The notes under the pieces are model-generated. The model was not told the origin of the DNA and searched no databases. It saw only the letters and a list, made by a program, of their open reading frames with translations. The position numbers and the translations under genes were made by a program. A stretch of 49,947 bases of DNA, counting the filler, from Jimgerdemannia flammicorona (Eukaryota), in NCBI GenBank assembly GCA_003990765.1. It is 2 parts of 2 records of this genome, joined end to end, with 100 filler letters (N's around TTAATTAATTAA, not from the genome) between each part and the next. Parts side by side here need not be neighbours in the genome. Positions count along the whole stretch, not along the records: positions 1 to 24,925 come from RBNJ01000906.1; 1 more part is not named here. One strand, written 5' to 3'. Every line of letters begins with the position of its first letter. Within the stretch, counting starts at the first letter, position 1. Below are positions 1-12,130 of this stretch, piece by piece.

Positions 1-226
1 GCAACACGTAATCCGATTTTAATGTTCTTGGTATCATTAGAAAGGCCTTATTAAGGGCTTTCAAATGACACCAAGATCATCAAATTTGGATGATTATTCA
101 TCAGGTTATTGATGTAAACATTTAATTGTCTAATTTGGAAATCAAAACAATGGTTGATTCGAATCTGATTCGAATCTGATTCGAATCCATCCGAATCCCA
201 TCCGGATTGACTCGTTCGGAGCACTA
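1..226. mobile_element. Right end of a hAT-like DNA transposon/MITE (continues off the left edge)
   Basis: Ends ...TTCGGAGCACTA (reverse complement TAGTGCTCCGAA, a hAT-type TAG terminus) after subterminal GATTCGAATCT repeats (~155-200). It abuts mid-ORF1 LINE sequence at 227. The terminus and internal palindrome match the 8-bp-TSD element at 18917-19563. Confidence 0.6.
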
Positions 227-229
227 GGT

Positions 230-1912
230 GTGACAGGTGATCCGGAAAAAAATCTAGATGGGACTGCTGATGGTGAGCCGAGCAGTGGGAAGGGCACGAG
301 GCCCGGAGTCCTGGCAGATGGTGTTATGGGACTGGTGGTGGCTCCGTTACTCAAGAAGTCGATCTCAGCATTCGCAGTCACACTGTGCTTCCGGGGCTTA
401 GCAGTGACGGCGAAAATGGTGTTGGGGCTTATCGCTAAGCAGGTGGCAGGAGCGGCTTCGGTGAAGTTTCTGAAGAGACTAGAGGGGGTGGAGGTGGGAT
501 TTGAGGAGGTGGAACCGCTGGAGGAGGCACTGAAGGTTAGATTAGTGGTTGGGGAGGTGTATGTTCCGATGGCGAGGTGTTTGAAATGGGATCCGAGGGT
601 GGTCCAACTGCTGGTGAAGAGAGTACCCACGGTGACGGCGATGGAGACAAGGAAGAGAGTGGAGGATGTCATGGCAGAGTATGGAGAGGTGGTGGATATT
701 GGATTCAGGGTCTGGGAAGGGACCACACTCAGGACTGGGGATGTGGATGTGAGGATTTGGCTGGCTGGGAAAGAGGCTACTGGGAAGACGAGGGACTGGC
801 CTTCGGTGTTGGTCTGGGGGGCTTTCCTGTGCAAGGTGATGCGGGTGAAAGGTAGTGAAGAAGAGGAGGACGATTTATTGGAAGCGCTGGAGGAGCTGGA
901 TGGAGCTGTGGAATGGCGAGCTAAGGCCTGGAAGACTTTCGAGGAGTCAATGCTCCTGGAGGTAGTGGATGGAAAGAGGATTCGAGTGGACAAGGTGCAG
1001 TGGGAAAGGGCTCAGGGGCGGAAGAGGCAGAAGGATTTGCTGGCTAAGCTGGGGGGTGGACAACAGAAGGATGCGAGTATGAAGATGGGTATAGAAGGGG
1101 CCAGAGCAAGTGTCTGAGCTGGTGAGAGGAGTGGGAATGAAGGGGCAGGGTCAGGGAAGGCTAAGGAGGTGAAGATTAGAGACCTATATGCTGATAGCAC
1201 CTTGGAGATTTGGGATGACAGCTGGGAGAACTCCCCCACCCCTTCCCCTCTAATCAGGTAGGGTCCGGCTTCCAGGAACAAGCCTGGGGAGGACGTGACG
1301 ATGCTGGGAATGCAGCAGGTGAAATTCAGCATTCTGGAGATATTGGATGGGGACCAAGTAGTGGCGGCAGGGGAGGAGGAACTGGTGGATGTCCCGGAGG
1401 TGTGGGATGAGGACGCGAGTGCGGGAGTGGACACCACAATGCTGGATGGAGGGAGGCCAGTGACCCCTGGTGGAAAGGAGGTGGGGAACCTACTCTGGAT
1501 GTGCCAGATGATGAATAACCTGGCGGCAGAAGAGCTGGGGGAGGTGGACTTGCGTGGGATGGGTGATGAGCACTAGACGAGGATTTTGCAGGGGGAAGGA
1601 GTGGCAATGGCGCTGAAGGCGGAAATTCTCGCGGTGTATCTGGAGGAGGAAGGGTATGAGGTGGATAAGGAGAGGGAGGTGGAGTTGGCGGTGGTTGCTG
1701 GGGAGAAGGCTGCGTACTGTTGGAACAGGCATCATGGGTTGCAGCTTTGGCAGGAGGCTTGCATCGAGTACCGAGAGGAGTTTGAGGAGAAGGCTGATGA
1801 GGAGATGAATGAGCTGTTGGCTGGACTGGAGGCTCAGAGGGCTGAAGAGGAGGAGGTGATGGCTGAACATAATCTGGATATGGCACAAGAGGAGAGGGGC
1901 ATGGAGCAGTAG
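230..1912 (+). pseudogene. LINE copy 1 ORF1 (RRM-like region plus acidic C-terminal half), N-terminus missing
   Basis: ORF pieces 230-1117, 1295-1576 and 1586-1912 share one frame, separated by stops, and are homologous to ORF1 of copies 2, 4, 5 and 6. Confidence 0.85.
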
Positions 1913-1942
1913 AGATTGATTGAAAACAAACCATATTTTATG

Positions 1943-4900
1943 ATGAACAGTACAACCAATATTTTTTCTTTGAACGTAAATAGGCTAAGGGGTGTAGTTA
2001 GATGCAGGAACATTTTTCTTTGGTTGAAGGGATTGGAGGCTGATCTCTTCCTCTTGCAGGATGTCAGGTGCGAGGATGATGCTGATAGAATGGAATGGAC
2101 TAAGGAATGGGGTGGTATGGCGATTTGGAACAGCAAGGTTGGAATTCTGGTTCGGAAAGGCAGAGGGGAGATAAAGAATGTGAGGAGCTGGGGGGAGAGA
2201 CTGGTCTGGGGTGATTGGATTCGAGCAGGTTGGGAGCTGGTCACAGTTGGCTCCTATTACTGCCCTGCAGTGCAGGGGGAGCATGTGGACTGGGTGAAAG
2301 GACTCCTGGAGAGTGGGATCCTTGCTGAAGCTGGATTGGATATGCTTGGAGGAGATTTCAATATGGTTTGAGATGTAAGGCTGGATAGAACTGATGGAGG
2401 TCAGGGTGCGGAGAGCAGGAGTGGGGGGTTAGCGATGTGGGAGGAGGTTGAAAGGCTAGGAGCACTGGTGGATGCTGGTAGGGAGCACTGGGGGGACAGG
2501 AGAGTATATATGCATTGGGCTGGAGGTCTGGGGACAAGGATTGACTGGATTCTGACAGCCGACTATTGGGGCCACGATGTCTGGAAGGTGATAGAGGTAG
2601 AATGGTGTCCGTGGTCAGACTACTGGGGCCTCTTGGGACAAGGGTGTTTTGGGAGAAGTAGAGATGGGTCTGGACATTGGCGCCTGAATTCCTCCTTGTT
2701 GGATGATGAGGTCCGGTGGGAGGAGTGGGCGAAAGACATTCAGCTGAAGGTGGCAAATTGGCAGCAGGAAGGGGCTGCGATTGGAGTTCGGTGGATGAGG
2801 ATGAAAGAGATGACCAGGATGTATTGGAGCGAGGTTGGCAGAGTGGCTGGGAAGCAGCAAAGGCAGAAAGTGCATTGGGCTTCTACTAGACTGGCTAGGC
2901 TCCTGGAGGAATGGGCAAGACTGGCTGTAGTGGAGGGAGAAGAGGATTGGAGAATAACAAGGGTGAGGATGGAGGTTGGGGAACTGCAACAGGTGCTGTG
3001 GGAAGAGGAAGAGTCAAGGGTGCAAGGCCTGGTGGCACAGCTTCATTGGCAGGGGGTGGAGGATGGGGAGAGGCCTTCCAAGTTTCTCACAAGGACACTT
3101 CGAGTGCGAAGGGTACAGCAGCGGTGGGAAGGGATACTTGACTCAGAGGATGTGCTAGTGCATGGCACACAGGACATCCTTGGAATGCTGAAGGCGTGAT
3201 GGAGTGGATTGTGGAGTGAGGAGGAGGGTGGGGCAGATGCTACTGCCATTGAACATATATTAGAAGATTGGCACCCACTACAAGCTGAGGGACTAGGTGA
3301 CCTGGTAATGCCTGTAAAGGAGGACGAGATCCACCAGGTTCTTGCTGCGACAGCCTTGGGTACGGTGCCTGGGGAGGATGGCCTCCCCTGGGATTTCTGG
3401 AAGTGAATGGTTAGAGTCCCGGGCATATTGGGGGAGTTGACAGCACTGTATGACTCTATATTGCAGTCAGGGAGATGGGTGGGGGAGCAAGACCTTGGGC
3501 TGGTGACGCTGCTTTATAAGAACAAGGGAAGGCGAGAGGATTGAAAGAACTGGCAGCCAATAATGCTGCTAGATATGGACAGGAAGTTGGTGACTAAGGT
3601 GGTGGTTGCAAGACTACAGAAGGTGGCCCAGCAAATCGTGGGTGTTGAACAGAGGGGCTTCATAGGGGGTCGGCTCATTAGAGATGGCACAGCCTGGGTA
3701 CATGGAGTTATTGAAGGTGCTCGAGCCTGTGGACTAGATGGGTGTCTTGTCTTCTTGGATCAGGAGAAGGCTTATGACCAGGTGCAGCGAGTCTGGCTGG
3801 CAAAAGTATTAGATAGAATTGGAGTTCCGGCCCCATTTCGGTTGGCGATGGTCAGCCTACTGGAAAGGAGTAGGGCTGCACTCGTGTACAATGGGCATCG
3901 AGGGGTGGCTTTCTCTCTGGGGAAGGGAGTGCCCCAGGGGGACCCACTGTCCCCCATTTTGTATGCTCTTTCCTTGGAACCTCTCATGGACAGGATTTGG
4001 CGGAGGATCATGGGGCTCTCTATCTATGGAGTTGGCTGGAAGGTTGGAGCCTTTGCGGACGACATGGTGGTTGGTTTGGGAGAGACTGCAGATGTCGAGG
4101 AGCTCCAGAAGACAGTGGAGTGGTATGAAGCAAACTCTGGGGCAAAGCTGAATTGGCACAAGTGTGAAACAATGGTGCTGGGCAATGGCTTGGTGGGCGG
4201 AGAAGTTATTGGAACAATTGTCCCCACCGGAGAGGCAGTGCGGTACTTGGGCATCTATTTGTCGGTCTATGGGTCTGTTTTGCCTAGGCTGTGGTGGGAG
4301 CAGAGGATTGGAATTTGGGAGGAGGACCTGCAGGGTTGGGGGGGTAGACACTTCTCTCTGGCAGGAAGGATCTCAATTTTGAATGTTTACTGGCTGCCGA
4401 AGCTGTGGTATTTGGCCTATCATCTGGACTTCCTGGCCTGGGTGGTGAAGAGATTGGTGAAGGTGGCCAAGGGATGGATTTGGGCTGGCAGACGGAGTCA
4501 GATTGGTTGGGAGACTCTGTCCCTACTGGTGGCAAGAGGTGGTCTTGGGCTGGTGGACTTCCCCAAAAGACTACACTGCTTGCGGGCTTGGTGGCTGAGG
4601 AGGGCAGTGGCGTTGAATGGAGGGGGCTGGGTCCCCCTGCTGCAGAAGATATGGGAGAGGAGGACGTCACCGAGGGGCTTGACTGGTGATCTTCTTTCAT
4701 TAGTTGGGCTTCAGAACACTGCGCAACTGAGATATAAAGGCTTCTGGTGGGGTATAGCTGAGGGGGTACACCACATTGGTATTCGCTGGCGAGGGGATGA
4801 GGGGGAGAGGGTTTGGGGCCTGGCGATATGGAGATGGGATAGCATTCTTCTGGGAGGCATGCCTTTGCTGGAGTTCAACATTCGTGATAGCATCGAATGC

Positions 4901-5599
4901 CAAAGGGGACTAGGCCAGGATCTGTGGCCCAGTGGTTGGTAAGGAGTTGGAATTGGTGAGGAGTGGGACTGGCAGGGGGTTTGAACCTGGAGTGCTGCAG
5001 TGAAAAATCGGATGCTGCCAAAGTACTGGATAGTCTGGTGGCATGTACTGAGGAGGAATGTGATGCTTAACTTCTGCTCAGGACACCTTGTTGATGGGGG
5101 CTGCTTTGACTGCGAGGAGTGCTATAATGTAGGGCAGGAAGGGTGATTGGTACAGATGCCAGAACATTGGCTAGGGGAGTGTGAGGTGTTGGGAGACTTT
5201 TGGCAGACCATTGGGGACCACTTAGGGGTAAGGCGTAGGGGTGATGAGGTACAGGGGAGGTGGGAGGACCTGAGGGATCGATTGATAGGAGGGGTAGGGG
5301 AAGAGTGGATTATGCTAGGCTGGGCATTGGCTATTTGGGTTGGGCTGGCTGGTCACTGGCTATTTGTATTTGAGGAGGAGCAGTGACAGAGCTTGGGGAG
5401 CCGGTTAGCAAGGTGGCAGTTCCTTATGGAGGATACCTTGACAGGCTGGTGGCTTGGTTGGGGGTTGCAGGGGGGTCGGAGGCGCCGCTTGGTGGTGAAA
5501 ATCTGTGGTCAGAGTGGTGGGAGAGTTGGAGTTGTTGGTGAGAGGGTGGTCTTTATATGTGAAGAGGTGGGGTGGGGCCCCCTGATGGGGATCGGTTAG
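1943..5599 (+). pseudogene. LINE copy 1 ORF2: APE endonuclease, reverse transcriptase and C-terminal CCHC; ~1218 codons with premature stops
   Basis: Motifs MNSTT..SLNVN, GGDFN, RIDW, PGEDG, QGDPLSP, FADD, YLG and CEEC..H..C. Start and stop are in one frame (3657 nt). Confidence 0.93.
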
Positions 5600-5654
5600 T
5601 GGGTGGTGATATTGTATACTTATTCATAGACTGGTAATAAAGATGGAGTCCAAG

Positions 5655-8600
5655 GGAATATATACTTTGTCTTGATAGTACACAAAGTTGTCCTTAATGG
5701 TGTACTTTTCCTTAAATTCCTTGGTATTTCTTTATAAAACCAGAGGGTCTTGTTTATATGCCTTCTTGATCTGATTGAGGAATTCAGGTGCCATGGTGAC
5801 TTGTAAGATCATGGCAAGATCAGGTCTTCTTGATAGTGCATCTGGTACAACTAGAGTTTTGCCAGGCTTATAGATGATATTTGGGGTAAAGGTCTAAAGT
5901 AGTTGACTCCACTTGGCTTGTTAGCGAGAAAGGGTTGGTTGAGTGTTGATGTACTGAAGGGACCTGTAATTGGTGATCACATTGAACTCAACTTCTTCTA
6001 GATAGTATCACTAGGTCTTGAGGGTATGCATGATTGCCAGGAGTTCCTTTTCATGAGTAGCCAGCTTTTGTTCTGCTGGGGACAATTTTCTTGACTCAAA
6101 GGTAATAGGTCAGTATCCTTGACCATCATCTTGAGAAATGACTGCACCAATGGCAAAGTTAGATGTATCTATAGTGACCATGAACTTCAAGTTTGGGTCC
6201 ATGTTTCTAAGGACAGGTATATGGATCAAGTGGTTCTTGAGTTCTTGAAAAGCTTGTTGACAGAAAGCATCCTAGATGTAGGGGACATAGAGGTCAGAGT
6301 TGGGTTCCTTTCACAGGAGGTTTGTCAAAGATTCTGCAATACCAGAGAAGTTTTTGACAAATTGATGGTAGTATCCAGCCAGACCAAGGAAGGACCTGAG
6401 TTCAGTGAGGTTTGCTGGTACAGGCCTGTTCAATGGCTTATATTTTCCTTGGGTCTATTTGAATTCCTTTGGCTGATACAATGTGTCCAAGGTATTCGAC
6501 TTGATCCTTGAAAAATTCACATTTCTTGAGCTTTGCATAAAGCTTGTCCTTGTGGAGGATCTTGAGGACTTGTTCAATGTACTTGAGGTGTTCTTCTTCA
6601 ATGCTACTGAAGATCAGGATGTCATCAATGTATACAAGTACAAAGATATAGAGCTGATCCTTGAAGACAGTTTGCATGAGATCTTGAAAGGTTGCTAGTG
6701 CATTGGTGAGACCAAAGGCCATGACTAGAAATTTGTAGAGTCCAAAGGGTATTATGAAGGCAGTCTTGGATATGTCTTCTGGCTTGATTCGAATTTGGTG
6801 ATACCCAGAGATGAGATCAATCTTGGTGAAGTACTTTGCATTTTTGAGAGCATTAAAGATTTGATCTATGAGTGGTAGTGGGTAATGGTTCTTGACTATG
6901 ATCTTGTTGAGTGCTTGGTAGTCTATGCACATTCGCAGAGTATTATCCTTTTTCTTGACAAATAGGACTGGGGAACCAAAGGGTGACTTGCTTGGCTGAA
7001 TGGCTCCTCACTCGATAAGTTCATTGAGTTCCTTCTTGACTGCTTCAATTTTGAGTGGAGACATATGGTACATTTTCTTCTTAGATATAGCTATATCAGG
7101 TACCAACTTGATTTCGTGGTCATGGTCTCTTGAAGGTGGTAGACCAGGTAGTTTGTCCAAGAAGACTTCCTTGTACTTATTCAGCAGTAACTTGATGCTT
7201 TCACTAATTGATAGCTTCTTGTCTTCTTTCTTTGGTCAGATCAGTGCTACAAAGACACAGGTAGCTTTCTTGAGGGCCTTCTTGAACTGAATTGCTGAAA
7301 GGGTAGCAATTGGGGTTCTTGTCTGAGTCTTGTCTGGCTTGATAGTAATGTTGGCTCCATCCTGAATCAAGGTGACTTCATTCTTGGTCCAATCAATCTG
7401 AGGGTTGTGCCATGTAAGCCAGAGTTTGCCTAGGATCAGATCATGGTCTCCTAGTGGTGCTACCTCAAAATCTAAATGTTCCCAGTACTTCTGAATCTTG
7501 AGGGGAAGTTTAGCAACAATTGAGTCGATTAGTAAGGTGGTGTCATCTGTGGTGACAACTTCACTATTCTTGCCAGCTAGTTTGGTAAAAATCTTGAACT
7601 TGTTGATGAGGTTCTTGTTGATGAAGTTCCCAATAGCTCCACTGTCTATGAGAACATCTAGATCTTGTCCCTTGACTAGACCTTTGAAAATGAGCATTGA
7701 ATTGGCTTGGTTCTCAGCTATGCTTGCAATTTTGTCAGTACTACCAAAGCCTTTCTGATCTCACTTAGTTGAAGACAGCTTGGTGACTTCTTTGATAACT
7801 GGTAGGGTGGCTTGCTCCAGAATGAGCAGTGCAATTCTCTCTCCTTCATTGACAGTATATGGTTGGTTCTTGTGGTTGACTAGCAGGACTTGCATTTTAC
7901 CTCAGAAGTCAGGGTCAATGACTCCAGTGCCAACATCCAATGAGTGCTTGAAACTGAGGCCAGATCTTGGTACAATTCTTGCATAATGTTCCTTGGGGAT
8001 TTCGACTAAAAGGTCAGTTGGAATGAGCCTTCTTTCATGTGTAGGAATAGTGACTTATTGTACTGCTTGAAGGTCCAAACCAATGGCTCCTTCTGACTGT
8101 ACTTGAGAGATCTGGGCCTTGGGGTTGACTCGCATGAAATTGAGTATGACTTCTTGTTCAACTGATTTACCTTGAGTGTCTTTGGACAGGACTAGGATCC
8201 TCTTTGGTTTGGCAGTTTTCTTGGGACATTTAGTTGCAATGTGACCAGGCTGATGGCAAAAGAAGCAGGCTCCAGCCTTCTTGAGGTACTCCTTTTCCTC
8301 AGGTATAAGCTTGCCTTTCTTGTTCTTGTCAATGATGTCTAGGTCTATGGGGGTGGGTCCAACAGTTCTTACTTTGGGTTCTTCCCTTTTGTGGTTGTTG
8401 TTGAAAGGAAGTCTCTTCTGTTCAAAGTAGTGACCATAGATGATGACATCAAACCTATTAGCAATCTTCATTGCTGTATCTAGTTCCCTGGGTTCTTCTA
8501 GTTTGACACGAACTTGGGTTTGACCTTTCAGGCCTCAGATATACTTATTGACCTTCTCGTCTTCAGTGACATATGGTAATTCTAGTAGGATTGACAAAAT

Positions 8601-9172
8601 TGTGCATTGTATGCTTGCACAGACTTGAGTTGTTTGACATTTGCCAGATGGTCTTGCATGGCCTTGGTGCTGTTGACTGGTTTGAATTGGCCTTGAATGG
8701 CATCAAAGAATTCATTCCAGGTCCTGATCCAGCCAGCAAATCTGGTATTCTGGACATGATTTTGCTACCAGATTGCAGCATTCCCTCAGAGGAGTGTGGT
8801 GGTGAATTGGACTAGTGTTGCTTCTTCCAAATTGGTCAGTTCTCCATATTGCTCCAATTGGAAAAGCCAGGCATTAGTAGACAGTCCTCCTCTTTGACCA
8901 TCAAAAGTGTCAGGCTTCTGAGGCTTAATAGTGACTGCTGTTGGGTGTATTGATGTTGGTAGAGGTGCAGAGGTATGAGCAGGGGCCTTGCTTTCATTTC
9001 TTTCTATATGTTCTTGAAGTTGAGCAATCTGAGCTAATGTGGTCTGCAAAAGACTCTTGATGGCCCCATTTGACTGAGTAGGGTTTTGCTGTTCTTCTTC
9101 TTCTTGCTGATTATATGAAGCATTGCCTGGACCATAGGTGCTGTATGAAGGGTTCTACCCATTGTTCTCCAT
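5655..9172 (-). pseudogene. gag-dUTPase-protease-RT-RNase H polyprotein, copy A1, decayed and truncated
   Basis: ATG at 9172; motifs KPDTFDG, CFFCHQPGHIATKC, LIDSGA, KIDLISGYHQIR, YIDD and YLGH. Confidence 0.9.
7737..8145 (-). pseudogene. dut: dUTPase domain of Gypsy A1
   Basis: Manual translation gives the trimeric dUTPase motifs GLDL, RIVPRSGL, GVIDPDF*G, GERIA and *DQKGFGST. Confidence 0.9.
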
Positions 9173-9226
9173 AGTATTGTGACTAATATCTTGAGAGATG
9201 TCTTGATAAGGCTAGGTGTAACTTAA

Positions 9227-9238
9227 CTGCTGCTACCA
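9227..9238 (-). promoter_or_regulatory. Primer-binding site (TGGTAGCAG..., initiator tRNA-Met-like)
   Basis: Lies 2 nt inside the 5' LTR end on the minus strand. The same motif is present in A2 and in family B. Confidence 0.75.
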
Positions 9239-9240
9239 AG

Positions 9241-9645
9241 TATAACAGTTCTAGTTTTTAAATGAGGAAGCAACTAGTTCTGGTGGTTCTAAGTAGCTTG
9301 AAGAGATACTTAAGGATTTAAGTATTCTCAAAGGATTTCTGGGAGAAAATATTCTGAGACTTTATTTATGAGAATAAAGGGGATATTTATATAAGATCTA
9401 AAGGAAGGATCTGGAAGGATCTGAGAAATCAAAAGAAAATACCAAGAGGAAAGTTCTTGGCAAAGATGACAAATGATGACAAATAAAGTTCTATAAGTTT
9501 CCAGGATATTCCATGACTAGCTAAATAAGTACTAGTTAATGCTCAGTACCAAGAAGGAGATTTCTAAGTACATGGAAAGTACTGGAAGGTTATAGAATAT
9601 TCAAGAAAGACAGAGAAAAGAAATAAACTACACTAAAGTATTACA
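9241..9645 (-). repeat. 5' LTR of Gypsy A1 (~405 bp)
   Basis: Aligns end to end with 37446-37849 and 43067-43470. Confidence 0.93.
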
Positions 9646-10020
9646 TGTTCTCTTAAAGCTGAGACCATTTAAGCATATATATGTCTGAAATCTTAGTGGA
9701 GTTCAGCATCTTGATTTCAACTTATTGTAAATATATAATATCTAGTAAAAAATTGTTTGAAGAAGTTGAATTAATTTTTTAATAAATTTAGCTTATTGCC
9801 AGAGAGTGGGGTAAGGTGTATCCAGTAAGGTATATTCTATAAAGTATATCCAGCAAATGGACATCTAGCAAACAGGCAATCATACATATCATTTTCCTGC
9901 TCAAGATGCACCTTGCTCTGGATGTATCTTACTGGATACAGATGCACCTTACTGGATATAGATGTACCTTACTGGATGTAGATATGCCTTATCAGACATA
10001 AATGTACCTCGGACATCTCT
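9646..10020 (+). mobile_element. 3' end of a hAT transposon: transposase C-terminal remnant, subterminal repeats and TIR
   Basis: 9646-9714 reads CSLKAETI*AYICLKS*WSSAS*, resembling the end of the hAT dimerisation domain (R.SL..ETI.A..CLKSW). The element ends CGGACATCTCT (reverse complement AGAGATGTCCG, like TAGAGATG hAT TIRs). Confidence 0.7.
9921..10010 (+). repeat. 20-bp subterminal tandem repeat, ~4.5 copies (GATGYACCTTACTGGATRYA)
   Basis: Units start at 9921, 9941, 9961, 9981 and 10001, with inverted copies near 9811-9860. Confidence 0.85.
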
Positions 10021-10095
10021 TTCCAGTACCATTCAGGTTACACAACCTTTGGAAGGCGCTTTTGACATCGTTTTCAGCAAAAAGAGACTAACAAC

Positions 10096-12097
10096 ATGGC
10101 AACCGACAGGCAACCTGAGGTGCATACTGGGCAGGGTGGCCCAAGCACTTTTGACTGGTAGCAGGTGGGGAGGGGTCCAGGCCTGGGGGGAGGTATGAGG
10201 GGCCTACTGGTGGGTGGATATGGAAGGGGTGGAGGAGGTGGTGGAGGATCAGGATCTGGGAGGGCAAGCTTTGCGGAGATGGTGAAGGGGAGACAGCAGG
10301 TGTCAGGGCTGGAGGGCTGGCTGAGAAAGGGCAAGGAGACTGAGAAGGCAACAGTACTGGGGGGTGTGGCCCTTGGAAGGGGGGGCAGTGGAGCTGCAGG
10401 AGTAGTGGCTGGAGGGGGTGTGACTGCTGATGGTATTGGGACTGTCAATCTGGAAAAAAATCCAGATGTGATGGCTGATGGCGAGGCTGAGTGGCTGAGG
10501 CTTAGAAGACAAGGGAACTTGGCAGATGGTGTAATGGGTCTGGCAGTGGCCCCATTACTCAAGAAATTGATTTTGGCATTCGCAGTCACACTGTGCTTCT
10601 GGGGACTGGCGGTGACAGCAAAAATGATACTGGGGCTCATCACTAAGCAGGTAGTGGGTACAGCATCTGTGAAGTTTTTAAAGAGACTGGAAGGAGTGAA
10701 GGTGGGTTTTGAGGAGGCAGCACTGCTGGAGGAGGTGCTGAAGGTTGGATTGGTAGTTGGGGAGGTGTGTGTCTCAATGGCGTGGTGCCTGAAGTGGGAC
10801 CCCAGAGTGGTCCAACTGCTAGTGAAAGGAGTGCCAATGGTGACAGCAGTGGAGACAAGGAAGAGAGTTGAGGATTTCATGGCGGAGTATGGCGAGGTGG
10901 TGGATATTGGGTTCAGGGTCTGGGAAGGGACCTTGCTCAGGACTGATGATGTGGATATGAGGATTCAGCTGGCTGAGAAAGAAGCCACTGAGAAGGCAAG
11001 GGATTGGCCTTCGGTGATGGTCTGAGGAGCGATCCTATGTAAGGTGACAAGGGTGAAGGGGAGTGAGGAGGAGGAGGAGGATTTACTGGAAGCACTAGAA
11101 GAGCTGGGGGGTACTGTGGAGAGGTGAGTGAAGGCTTGGGAGGCTTTTGAAGAGGCAACACACTTGGAGGTGGTGGATGGAAAGCAGATTTGAGTGACCA
11201 AGGAGCAGTGGGAAAGGGCTCAGGGGTGCAAGAGGCAGAAGGAGTTGCTGGCCAAGCTGGATAGCAGACCACTGGGGGAGGCGAGCAAGGTGAAGGGCAC
11301 AGGGGGAGCTGAAGCGAGTGTCTGGGCTGGCGAGGGGGAGGGGAAGGACAAGAAGGAGGCGGAGAAGACTGGGAAGGACCCGTATGCAGGTGGTACACTG
11401 GAGGTATGGGAGGAGGACTGGATGGGCTCTCCTACCCCTACCCCTCTCATCAGGCGAGGCCCAGCTTCCTGGAATAGGGTGGTGGAGGATGTGCCAATGC
11501 GAGGAGCCCAGAGGGTGCAATTTGGAGTTCCAGAGGTGGCATATGGGGGACAGGTGGTAGAGACTGGTGAGGAGGAACTGGTGGATGTCCCAGAAGTTTG
11601 GGATGAGTCTGCGAGTGCTGGTGCTGACACCACAATGTTGGATGGAGGGAGGCCGGTGACTCTGGGGGAGAAAGAGGTGGGGAACTTGCTTTGGATATGC
11701 CGGATGATGAATAACCTGGCGGCGGAAGAGCTGGGGGTGAGTGATGAGTGATGAGCATTGGGTGGGAATACTGCAGGGGGATGGCGTAATGAAGACATTG
11801 AAGGCGGAAATTCTTGTGGTGTACCTGGAGGAGGAAGGGTATGAGGTGGATAAGGAGAGGAAGGAGGAGATGGCAGTCATTGCTGGAGAAAGGGCTGAAT
11901 ACTACTAGAACAAGCAACATAGACTATAGCTCTGGTAGGAAGCATGTATTGAATACCGAGAGGAGTTTGAGGAGAAGGCCGATGGAGAGATGAATGAGCT
12001 GCTGGCTGGATTGGAGGCTCAGAGGGCCAAAGAGGAGGCAGTGACTGCAGAACATAATTTGGACAAGGTGCAGGAGGAGATGAGCATGGAGCAGTAG
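10096..12097 (+). pseudogene. LINE copy 2 ORF1
   Basis: ATG at 10096 is in frame with the 10165-11025 ORF; stops and a small deletion near 11740; ends ...MEQ* as in copy 1. Confidence 0.85.
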
Positions 12098-12130
12098 AGG
12101 CTAATTGACAATATCACATATATCATCAAT

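Larger units (their letters stand above)
227..5654 (+). mobile_element. L1/Tx1-like non-LTR retrotransposon, copy 1 (5' end interrupted, no poly-A tail)
   Basis: ORF1 and ORF2 are colinear with the other copies. The 3' UTR AATAAAGATGGAGTCCAAG matches copies 2 and 5, then joins Gypsy sequence directly at 5655. Confidence 0.93.
5655..9645 (-). mobile_element. Ty3/Gypsy family A, copy 1 (5' LTR through RNase H/start of integrase; cut by LINE copy 1)
   Basis: Colinear with the complete copy from about 39478 to 43470: LTR, primer-binding site (PBS), gag, dUTPase, protease, RT and RNase H. Confidence 0.93.

Noticed and set aside
1943..5599. Frequent in-frame TGA/TAG suggesting an alternative genetic code or programmed readthrough
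   Set aside because: Stop positions differ between copies and align with Arg, Gln or Trp codons in sister copies, as expected from C>T/G>A decay.
6119..6511. Plus-strand ORFs recurring in both Gypsy A copies (6119-6511/39933-40301, 7000-7290/40825-41115, 8573-8815/42441-42641)
   Set aside because: Antisense shadows of pol/gag; they recur only because the copies are homologous and contain no recognisable motifs.
9921..10010. Regular 20-bp repeats resembling a CRISPR array or iterons
   Set aside because: Head-to-tail with no unique spacers, no cas genes and a eukaryotic TE context; explained as hAT subterminal repeats.
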